Source of the DNA: Nitrospirales bacterium
GTDB lineage: Bacteria > Nitrospirota > Nitrospiria > Nitrospirales > UBA8639
Assembly (NCBI GenBank): GCA_965223295.1
Contig: CBDCWC010000003.1
Location: 1,792,001-1,856,000 of the forward strand
Reading direction: 5' to 3'
DNA: 64,000 nucleotides
Below, piece by piece: positions 52,084 through 59,869 of the stretch; within the stretch, counting starts at the first letter, position 1; every line of letters starts with the position of its first letter. A program made the position numbers and the translations under genes. The notes beneath the pieces were generated by a model. That model searched no databases and was not told the origin of the DNA. It was given only the letters and a program-made list of their open reading frames with translations.

Positions 52084-52166
52084 AAAGTGAGAAGTAAAAA
52101 AAGTATTTTGTTTAGTCTCTTGCTTTTTACGTTTACCTTCTCACTTTTTTCTCCTTACGCTTCACG
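52080..52166. repeat. Heptamer-periodic imperfect palindrome between convergent genes
   Basis: GTGAAAA GTGAGAA GTAAAAA ... TTTTTAC GTTTACC TTCTCAC TTTTTTC TCCTTAC GCTTCAC. Confidence 0.8.
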
Positions 52167-52171
52167 AATCT

Positions 52172-52903
52172 TCACGGGGCTGGAAAGTCAATATTCAGAA
52201 TAGCGTTGTTTGGTTGCGGAATGGTGACTTTTTGCCGCACCGTGCCTAAGGTTTCGTGCCAAAGCGAGAGGGTATATGTTCCAAATGAGAGGTTCGGAAT
52301 AGTAAAGTGTCCGTAACTATCGGTCACGGTGTGGTAGGGATGGGGGAACACATGAATGATACCGTTCATGAAAGGATGTTTATTACATGTGACTGTCATA
52401 GGACCTGGCTCTCTCAAGACCTTCTGAACACCTTTTGCCTGAGGAAGTAACACGACATTGATAAATGCACGAGTTTTGGTGCGAACATGGGTGTTATGCA
52501 AGATGTTATCGAGATTTTCGATGGCCAATTTTTGTTTTACGGTTGCCGTGACTGCGTGCTTTAAGAATTGACATCCCTTGTTGACAATCGTTTTTGTAGG
52601 TTCTGGCTCCTCGTTGGAGCTATCCTGTCCTTCAATTTCCACACTCACAATGACGTCCTGTAACCCTTTATCCTCAGCAAGGACAACGGATTCCAACTCA
52701 CGGGTCTTTCCACAGACCTCGATATCTTTTTTAATGATAACTTCTTCCATGGGCGGAAGAGGTCCGAGGTAGACGACTTTCCCTTGCAGAGAGGTGGTTT
52801 GGGCGTTGCCGATCTGAGCAACATTAAAGATTCCAGTAAACCAGAGCACAGTAAAGAAGAGGGTTCGTTGAATTTGCCGATGACTGGGACGGTGGTTTGT
52901 CAT
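52172..52903 (-). CDS. Exported cupredoxin-like / carboxypeptidase-regulatory-like domain protein, paralog B
   Basis: Signal peptide; NLDNILHNTH, CNKHPFM and TDSYGHF..LWHETLG; homologous to 47701-48513. Confidence 0.8.
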   Translation of the reverse strand: MTNHRPSHRQIQRTLFFTVLWFTGIFNVAQIGNAQTTSLQGKVVYLGPLPPMEEVIIKKDIEVCGKTRELESVVLAEDKGLQDVIVSVEIEGQDSSNEEPEPTKTIVNKGCQFLKHAVTATVKQKLAIENLDNILHNTHVRTKTRAFINVVLLPQAKGVQKVLREPGPMTVTCNKHPFMNGIIHVFPHPYHTVTDSYGHFTIPNLSFGTYTLSLWHETLGTVRQKVTIPQPNNAILNIDFPAP

Positions 52904-52958
52904 GTTGCTAAGACTCTATTCGGAGAGTATATTCAGGAACAGGTTGTCGATCCACTAT

Positions 52959-53142
52959 GGGTCTGTTGAAAAAAGCCGCCAACTGCGTTCTCGCCATTTT
53001 GCCGTGCTCACGTATTGCCAGTACGCTCCGCGCGGCAAAATGGCTGTGGCCTTGCTGGACGGACTTTTTTGAGCCGACCCGACGCTTCTGACCGTCCAAG
53101 CCTTCCTAATGAAATATGACCTTTGATATCTTCATTACTCCC
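52959..53142 (+). mobile_element. MITE copy 4 (184 bp; 7-nt deletion in the right terminal repeat)
   Basis: Starts GGGTCTGTTGAAAAAA and ends CATTACTCCC (lacks TTCAACA relative to copy 3); 5-bp direct repeat ACTAT at 52954-52958 and 53143-53147. Confidence 0.9.
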
Positions 53143-53219
53143 ACTATCGGTTCTTTTGTTGTAGCCCAAATGAGAATGTGGCGCCAGGTGATTGTGTACA
53201 CGGAGCCTCTCCGTCTCTC

Positions 53220-54011
53220 CTATTGTGGTGATAATGATAAGAGATAATTGACGAGGTGCCAAATATCTTCAGGATTGGGGGAGAGAGCCTCCTGATAGGA
53301 GGCCATAGGGGTGCCATCCAGGCCGGTGAGTATGCTTATTGCGATGTCTCGCGGTTGCTGTCCGTTTTTGAATGAAGAAGGGTTGTGTAAGTCACGGGGA
53401 AGGATATCTAAATTACGGCGGTCCCGTAATTTGCCTTGTTCATAGAGTCCTCCGGGCATCGTGGCCTCAGGGCCATGGCACTTGGCGCAATCTAATAGTT
53501 CATACAACTCATGACCCCGGGTAATGCTGTGAGCTGTTGCCGGCAATGGGCCAGATGCTAGCGCAATAGGTGTTCGTTCTATTTCTTCGAAAAGTGGCGA
53601 GAACTGTTTGATATAGTTAACAAGGTCCCATCGTTGGTTTTCAGAAAAGCTTCGAAATGATGGCATGTAGCCAGGGATGCCGTTAGTAATCGTCTGAAAA
53701 AGATCATAATCGGTTGGCGGTTCCCCAGAAGGGGTGGAGCGGAACTTATATTCTCCACCAACGAATTCTCGAGGACGTGGTGCGGAATAGGCTCCTAAAT
53801 AAAAGGCGTCCGGCCCGTCGCCTACTCCAGTTTTCCCATGACAGAGCAAACAAGATTGTTCATACAGGCGCTTACCTCTTGCGAGGGAATCTGAAGGATT
53901 GCTTTGAGGCTTAGCAGCAAATAAAGGGGTGAGGCCTACAGTGGACCACAACATCACCCCCAGCAGGGGGGCAACAATTCTCTGCTGGTACGACTGGCTA
54001 AAACACCACAT
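53220..54011 (-). CDS. Dihaem cytochrome c, paralog B
   Basis: CLLCH and CAKCH; YKFRST, GIPGYMPSF and GTPMASY. Likely start MWCF at 54011, overlapping the end of the upstream gene. Confidence 0.9.
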   Translation of the reverse strand: MWCFSQSYQQRIVAPLLGVMLWSTVGLTPLFAAKPQSNPSDSLARGKRLYEQSCLLCHGKTGVGDGPDAFYLGAYSAPRPREFVGGEYKFRSTPSGEPPTDYDLFQTITNGIPGYMPSFRSFSENQRWDLVNYIKQFSPLFEEIERTPIALASGPLPATAHSITRGHELYELLDCAKCHGPEATMPGGLYEQGKLRDRRNLDILPRDLHNPSSFKNGQQPRDIAISILTGLDGTPMASYQEALSPNPEDIWHLVNYLLSLSPQ

Positions 54012-55374
54012 CTGCGCCGACAAAAAAGCCATTACGAAAATTCCTTGCTGAGGAACGGCCCCCTTGGGCCTTTCGAAGATTGAAATCATCACGCAGAAAA
54101 AGCGCGATATTGGATCGAATGTAATATTTGGCAATCAGGGCCAATAACGAGTGGCTGGTTCGTTGGCTTCGCAGGCCGCCAGCATCCAGATGATCGTATC
54201 GGAGGCCGACCAGAATTCGATCAGTTGCCAACACGTTGGCTTCGAGCGTGACTCCCGTGGCTGAGTTATCGATTTGGCTGTCTGCAGATTTAGGAAGGCC
54301 CGTCAATCGGTCTACGACGAAGGCTCCATAGACATCCACCATATGGTAACGGATATTTGCCAAGAACCCATATTGGCTCCAGTTCGCATTGGCTGCGGAA
54401 GCCACCTTGGCGTTGTTACGGCCAAAATAGGCAAAGCCAGAAAAATTGACCGAAAAATACTCAGACTGCGCAAAATCAAAACGGGTGAGGACATACCAGT
54501 CTTTGGATTTATTAGAATCGCCAAAGGATTCGTTGGCACCATTGAGAATACCGACTTGATATAAAAACCAATCACCAAAGGGACGGCCATGGAGGTCAAG
54601 ACCCATTTCAGCCACGGCATGAAATAAGGATGGAGCCGTGGGCAAGATGGTGGTTCCTCTTCGATCAAATAGGCCGTAAAATTTATTAGCAAAAGCTGCG
54701 GGCGCGAGGCCGATACGGTTAATCGTGGGATCCATGAATGATCCGTTATCCTCCGAATTGTCTCCCACCAGTTCAAAGTGTTGCCGAAGTGTGGCATAAG
54801 ACGAATATGCGGAAGGATCAAGTTTCCCGACCCGGAGGTGTGCCCAATCATGTTGCCCGAAATTATTGAACGTCAGGAAGGCGCGTTCAATCCCAGTTTC
54901 ATCTTCTTCAAGATTAGATTCTAGCTCAACAAAAAAACCGACATTATTGGTGACGGTTCCGGCGGTAAACATGCTGAAGACCTCCGGAAAACCCAGCTCA
55001 GTCCGGTCTTGTGGGTTGCCGGCGATATTTGACCCGGCAGCCTTGCGGGAATACTCAAAATTTCTGAGAACATTGCCACGGAGTCGAAAGCCCAGGTAAT
55101 TGGTGACATCATCCAGTGTGAGGTCGCCCAGTAGTGATTTTTTAATCGAGTCGCCGTCTTCGGTGCCTGGCAGTTGATAGCCATTTTCCAAAAACCGTTC
55201 GCCGGTCCGGTTTAACCGCGGAACACGGGTATGACAAACTGTGCAGTTCACGTCATACTTTCTGGCGAAGGCCGGGATGGCTTGGGCATCTGGGGGAATA
55301 ACCAGTGAATCGAAGAGAGTGAAGGATGTAAGAAGGAGCATGACAGGAGTTGTGACGGAAAAAATTCGTTTCAT
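53998..55374 (-). CDS. cyc2: Cyc2-like fused monohaem cytochrome c-porin, paralog B
   Basis: Signal peptide, AIPAFARKY-x3-CTVCH-x3-PRL..GERFLENGY, a beta-barrel-like body and a terminal Phe (GADVVF). Confidence 0.82.
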   Translation of the reverse strand: MKRIFSVTTPVMLLLTSFTLFDSLVIPPDAQAIPAFARKYDVNCTVCHTRVPRLNRTGERFLENGYQLPGTEDGDSIKKSLLGDLTLDDVTNYLGFRLRGNVLRNFEYSRKAAGSNIAGNPQDRTELGFPEVFSMFTAGTVTNNVGFFVELESNLEEDETGIERAFLTFNNFGQHDWAHLRVGKLDPSAYSSYATLRQHFELVGDNSEDNGSFMDPTINRIGLAPAAFANKFYGLFDRRGTTILPTAPSLFHAVAEMGLDLHGRPFGDWFLYQVGILNGANESFGDSNKSKDWYVLTRFDFAQSEYFSVNFSGFAYFGRNNAKVASAANANWSQYGFLANIRYHMVDVYGAFVVDRLTGLPKSADSQIDNSATGVTLEANVLATDRILVGLRYDHLDAGGLRSQRTSHSLLALIAKYYIRSNIALFLRDDFNLRKAQGGRSSARNFRNGFFVGADVVF

Positions 55375-55428
55375 GAAAATCTGTGAATACGATGGTGGAG
55401 AAAAGATCTAAGCGGAGAAGCTATCTAA

Positions 55429-55469
55429 ATGGTAGTAAAACATCGCAGTATGTCAAGGCAGTTGACATA
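55429..55469 (-). promoter_or_regulatory. Candidate promoter/operator upstream of cyc2-B
   Basis: Minus-strand TTGACA (55456-55451), 16-nt spacer, TACCAT. The -35 is half of the perfect inverted repeat TATGTCAA-ggcag-TTGACATA. Confidence 0.4.
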
Positions 55470-55696
55470 TGCATTAGTGGTAGAACGGGGCTAGCGACTT
55501 TGTCGCGCGCTGACGGAATATTGGACGGAGGTGTACTGTGTGAGAGTCTCTAATTTTCGTGCAAAAGCTTACTAGATTTGCTGGGATATGAGGGCAAAGG
55601 AGACGATGGTTTAGCTTGCCATAGAAAGGTATTCTTAGTATGCTCCGAGCTGGTTGCATCAGATGATTCATTGTCGTTAGAAAAAGGATCGCTGGA

Positions 55697-56779
55697 ATGG
55701 ATATGCCAGACAATATCCAAGGGTGCCGGGAAGAGATTGATCGGCTTGATGATGAAATTCTCAAGCTGTTGAATGAACGTTCCCAATATGTGATTCAAGT
55801 CGGCAAATTGAAAAAGAAACAGGACGCGGCTGCCCATTTGCATACCCAAGGTCGGGAAGCCGCCCTGGTCAAGCGATTGATGGAGAACAACCCTGGACCG
55901 TTTCCCAGTGAAGCCCTCCGTCCCGTCTATCGCGAAATCATGTCTGCTTCGTTGTCCCTAGAAGGCACTCAAACAATTGCCTATCTTGGTCCGCCTGCCA
56001 CATTTACCCATTTAGCGGCCATGCGGAAATTTGGCGAATCGGCTGAGTATCTTCCTGTGACGAGTATTAAGGATGTGTTTGATGATGTTGAGCGGGGACG
56101 CGTGCGGTTTGGCGTCGTACCCATTGAGAATTCGACCGAAGGTGTGGTCAATCATACATTAGACTTGTTTGTTGATTCGCCGTTGCTCATTTATGGCGAA
56201 GTGATGATGGAAATTTCTCACCATTTTTTATCCAAAGCGCAGAATATTGAGGACATCAAAACAATCTATTCCCACCCACATGCCATTGCCCAATGTCGAA
56301 ACTGGTTAGAAACCCATGTGCCGTCGGTGTCTATTGCTGAAGAGCCAAGTACGGCCAAGGCTGCAGAGCGATGCGTCAGCGATCCAACGGCGGCAGCTAT
56401 TGCCTCAGAGTTAGCGGCGCAACTTTATGGATTAACGATCTTGCGCTCTCGCATTGAAGATAACACGAATAATTTTACGAGATTTCTGATATTGTCTTTA
56501 CGTGGGGCCGAACGGACAGGGAAAGATAAGACCTCTTTTATTGTCTCGGCCAAAGACAAGGTTGGGGCGCTCTATGATCTGATCCGTCCCTTCTCATCGC
56601 ATGGCATCAACATGACGAAAATTGAATCGCGACCCACTCGACGGAAAGTCTGGGAATACTTGTTTTTCATGGACTTAGAAGGTCATCAAGATGATGACCG
56701 CGTCAAGAAAGCCCTAGACGAAGTGAAAACACGCTCTTTGTTTTTGAAAGTGTTAGGATCCTATCCCATTCACCAGTAG
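55697..56779 (+). CDS. pheA: Chorismate mutase/prephenate dehydratase
   Basis: REEIDRLDDEILKLLNER, YLGPPATFT, PIENSTEG, NFTRF and KIESRP motifs. Confidence 0.97.
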   Translation: MDMPDNIQGCREEIDRLDDEILKLLNERSQYVIQVGKLKKKQDAAAHLHTQGREAALVKRLMENNPGPFPSEALRPVYREIMSASLSLEGTQTIAYLGPPATFTHLAAMRKFGESAEYLPVTSIKDVFDDVERGRVRFGVVPIENSTEGVVNHTLDLFVDSPLLIYGEVMMEISHHFLSKAQNIEDIKTIYSHPHAIAQCRNWLETHVPSVSIAEEPSTAKAAERCVSDPTAAAIASELAAQLYGLTILRSRIEDNTNNFTRFLILSLRGAERTGKDKTSFIVSAKDKVGALYDLIRPFSSHGINMTKIESRPTRRKVWEYLFFMDLEGHQDDDRVKKALDEVKTRSLFLKVLGSYPIHQ

Positions 56780-56819
56780 TCTCGGTCCACAAACGTTCAG
56801 CATATCCGGATTGTTTGAT

Positions 56820-57914
56820 ATGGCCTTACATGTTCATCCGACGATTGCTTCGTTGAACCCCTATTCTCCAGGGAAACCCCTTTCTGAATTGGAACGGGAA
56901 CTCGGGATTTCTGAAGCCATTAAATTGGCGTCTAACGAAAATCCGTGGGGGCCGTCTCCGAAGGCCCGGCAAGTTCTTGAGCAGGCGTCGGCGTCACTGC
57001 ATCGATACCCTGATGGCGGAGCGCATGCGTTACGGGAAGCATTAGCCAAGAAATGGCAGATGCCTCAGGATCAAATTCTTGTGGGCAATGGATCGGATGA
57101 AGTCATCAGCCTGCTGATCAAAACGTTCCTTGCCCCTGGCGATGAAGCGGTCATGGCGGATTTGACCTTTGTCATGTATCGCCTGTCCGTACTAGGCGGG
57201 TATGGGGTGCCGGTTGAAGTGCCCTTGAACAATTGGACCCATGATTTGCCAGCCATGGTGGGGGCAATCACTGACCGCACCCGTCTGTTCTTTATTTGTA
57301 ATCCGAATAATCCGACGGGCACGATGCTATCCGCGAAAGAGATCGACTTAGCGCTGGCTAAGATTCCCGAAAATGTGGTGGTCGTGTTTGATGAGGCCTA
57401 TTACGAGTATGTTCGAGATGCAGAATATCCAGATAGTTTGGGCTATGTTCGAGATGGACGACCGGTGGTCGTGCTGCGGACGTTTTCGAAGATCTATGGC
57501 CTGGCAGGTTTGCGCGTGGGCTATGGAATCACGACATCAGAGATTGCCAGCTATGTGAATCGCGTGCGCCCTCCTTTCAATGTCAATAGTTTGGCACAGG
57601 AAGCGGCTCAAGCGGCTTTGTTGGATGACGAGCATGTAGCGAAGAGTCGTGCTATGAATGAAGCGGAAATGATCTTTCTGGAAGAAGGGTTAACCAAGAT
57701 GGGGTTCACGACTATTCCCACTCAAGCTAATTTTATATATTTTGATGTTGGGATGGATGGTGCCGTTCTCTATGATGCGCTGCTTCGGGAAGGGGTGATT
57801 GTGCGTCATATTCGTGGGTCGATGATCCGGGTTACAGTTGGTCAGCCTACGGAAAATCGGCGGCTTCTAGAGGCACTTGAGCATGTGTTATCAACCCTGT
57901 CAAAAACCGCGTGA
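56820..57914 (+). CDS. hisC: Histidinol-phosphate aminotransferase
   Basis: KLASNENP, GNGSDE, NPNNPTG, DEAY and RTFSKIYGLAGLRVGY motifs. Confidence 0.96.
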   Translation: MALHVHPTIASLNPYSPGKPLSELERELGISEAIKLASNENPWGPSPKARQVLEQASASLHRYPDGGAHALREALAKKWQMPQDQILVGNGSDEVISLLIKTFLAPGDEAVMADLTFVMYRLSVLGGYGVPVEVPLNNWTHDLPAMVGAITDRTRLFFICNPNNPTGTMLSAKEIDLALAKIPENVVVVFDEAYYEYVRDAEYPDSLGYVRDGRPVVVLRTFSKIYGLAGLRVGYGITTSEIASYVNRVRPPFNVNSLAQEAAQAALLDDEHVAKSRAMNEAEMIFLEEGLTKMGFTTIPTQANFIYFDVGMDGAVLYDALLREGVIVRHIRGSMIRVTVGQPTENRRLLEALEHVLSTLSKTA

Positions 57915-57926
57915 GTTGAACATCAT

Positions 57927-58940
57927 ATGATTATTGTGTTGAAGCCAGAAGCCACAGAGCAAGACGTTGAACATTTGGTAGACCGTCTTCGTTCTCTAGG
58001 CTTGAAATCGCAAATCACGAAAGGGGAAGAACGAACGGTGGTTGGTGTGATTGGCGATGAGCGAGTTTTGCAAAGCCAACCGCTGGCAGTGTTTCCTGGT
58101 GTGGAAAGTGTCACGCCAATTTTGGCTCCCTGGAAGTTAGTGAGTCGTGAATTTCAACCGCATGATTCTGTGGTTGATGTGGGTGGAGTCAAAGTCGGTG
58201 GGCAAAAGATTGCGGTGATGGCTGGCCCCTGTGCGGTAGAAAAATTAGAAATTACAGTCGGCATTGCGAAAGAAGTCGCCAGCGCCGGGGCATCTATCCT
58301 GCGAGGGGGCGCCTATAAGCCTCGAACTTCGCCCTATTCATTTCAAGGCTTGGGGCAGGAAGGTTTGAATTTTCTGACTGAAGCTCGGAAGCAAACGGGG
58401 CTTCCAGTCGTGAGCGAGATTTTGGACGCACGTGACCTCGGATATTTTCTGGAACATGCGGATGTGATTCAGATTGGCGCCCGCAATATGCAAAATTTTG
58501 AATTGCTCAAGGAAGTGGGCGCGTATGATAAACCTGTGTTATTAAAGCGGGGCCTTTCTGCGACCATTAAAGAATTTTTGTTGTCCGCGGAATATATTAT
58601 GTCTCGTGGGAATCGTAATGTCATATTATGTGAACGTGGAATTCGAACATTTGAGTCGCAGTATCGCAATACGCTGGATCTTGCGGCTGTGCCGACCTTG
58701 AAGGAAATGTCGCATCTGCCCGTCATTGTGGATCCTAGTCATGCCACGGGAAATTGGAAGCTTGTGGCGCCGATGGCCAAGGCCGCCATTGCCGCCGGGG
58801 CCGACGGATTGCTCATCGAAGTCCATTCGAATCCCGAATGCGCACTCTGCGATGGTGAAGAATCATTAAAGCCCAGCCGTTTTACGACTTTAATGGATGA
58901 TCTCAAAAAAGTTGCACAGGCCATAGGCCGTGATCTCTAA
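57927..58940 (+). CDS. aroF: DAHP synthase (class I-beta with N-terminal regulatory domain)
   Basis: AGPCAVE, RGGAYKPRTSPYSFQG, QIGARNMQN and VDPSH motifs. Confidence 0.96.
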   Translation: MIIVLKPEATEQDVEHLVDRLRSLGLKSQITKGEERTVVGVIGDERVLQSQPLAVFPGVESVTPILAPWKLVSREFQPHDSVVDVGGVKVGGQKIAVMAGPCAVEKLEITVGIAKEVASAGASILRGGAYKPRTSPYSFQGLGQEGLNFLTEARKQTGLPVVSEILDARDLGYFLEHADVIQIGARNMQNFELLKEVGAYDKPVLLKRGLSATIKEFLLSAEYIMSRGNRNVILCERGIRTFESQYRNTLDLAAVPTLKEMSHLPVIVDPSHATGNWKLVAPMAKAAIAAGADGLLIEVHSNPECALCDGEESLKPSRFTTLMDDLKKVAQAIGRDL

Positions 58941-58981
58941 CTCATCCCCCCACTCAGTTTTAGTTTTCTTGTTTTGTTGTC

Positions 58982-59869
58982 ATGCCTAGCCATTCTTCAG
59001 ATTATCTGTTTCAGCAAGTCACGATAATTGGTGTGGGTCTGTTGGGAGGCTCACTTGGTCTTGTCTTGAAGGAACAAGGGTTAGCCAAAACAGTTGTAGG
59101 AATTGGTCGCCGGCAATCGAATCTAGAATTAGCCGTAGAGCTTAGGGCAATCGATCGTTTTTTTTCTGAACCACAGGAAGCTGTCCGCGATTCTGATTTT
59201 ATTGTCCTAGCCACTCCGGTTGATACGTATATTTCTCATGTCAAAAAGTGGGGGCAGGATATCCCGACCGGAGCAATCGTCAGTGACGTGGGCAGTGTGA
59301 AAGGACAACTGGTCATTGATTTGGAGGCGGCGCTTCCAGCGACGGTGAGTTTTATCGGGGCTCACCCCATTGCCGGAAAGGAAAAATCTGGTGTGGTACA
59401 TGCCACTTCTCAGCTTTTTGAAGGGGCACGTTGCATTGTGACGCCTACTCCCCAAACAAATGCTGAGGCTTTGGGTAAAGTCCGTCGTGTGTGGGAACAG
59501 GCTGGGTCTGAAGTTTTGTCGATGGATCCTATGGTTCATGATTGGGTCCTTGGGGCGGTCAGCCATCTGCCGCATATTGCAGCATTCTCGCTCATGCATG
59601 CCCTAGATGATTTGCAAGGTGAAACGTCAAACGATCTCAGTCTCTTGGATTTTTCTGGTGGAGGATTACGAGATACGACGCGCATTGCCGCAAGTTCTCC
59701 TGAAATGTGGCGGGATATTTGTCTAGCCAATCGCGAAAACTTATTGAAAATGGTCGATCAGTACATCATACAGCTTCACGCGTTTATGCAGTTGATGAAG
59801 GATCAGGATGGTGCAGGGTTAGCAGATAATATTGAGCAAGCTAAAACGTTACGGGAACGTTTGCCATGA
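58982..59869 (+). CDS. tyrA: Prephenate/arogenate dehydrogenase
   Basis: GVGLLGGS, DVGSVK, HPIAGKE, SHLPH and RDTTRIA motifs. Confidence 0.95.
   Translation: MPSHSSDYLFQQVTIIGVGLLGGSLGLVLKEQGLAKTVVGIGRRQSNLELAVELRAIDRFFSEPQEAVRDSDFIVLATPVDTYISHVKKWGQDIPTGAIVSDVGSVKGQLVIDLEAALPATVSFIGAHPIAGKEKSGVVHATSQLFEGARCIVTPTPQTNAEALGKVRRVWEQAGSEVLSMDPMVHDWVLGAVSHLPHIAAFSLMHALDDLQGETSNDLSLLDFSGGGLRDTTRIAASSPEMWRDICLANRENLLKMVDQYIIQLHAFMQLMKDQDGAGLADNIEQAKTLRERLP

Noticed and set aside
23581-53262. Short ORFs sharing peptides such as REHGKMARTPLAAFFN (23581-23871, 33970-34197, 40582-40860, 40723-40923, 52908-53099, 53008-53262), which look like a small protein family
   Set aside because: They are chance translations of the MITE copies, with inconsistent starts, stops and frames.
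45536-55374. Interpretation as MtrAB/MtoAB/PioAB, or as a recent inverted duplication or invertible segment
   Set aside because: There is no decahaem cytochrome. The two cassettes are strongly diverged at the DNA level, and no recombinase or exact terminal repeats were seen.
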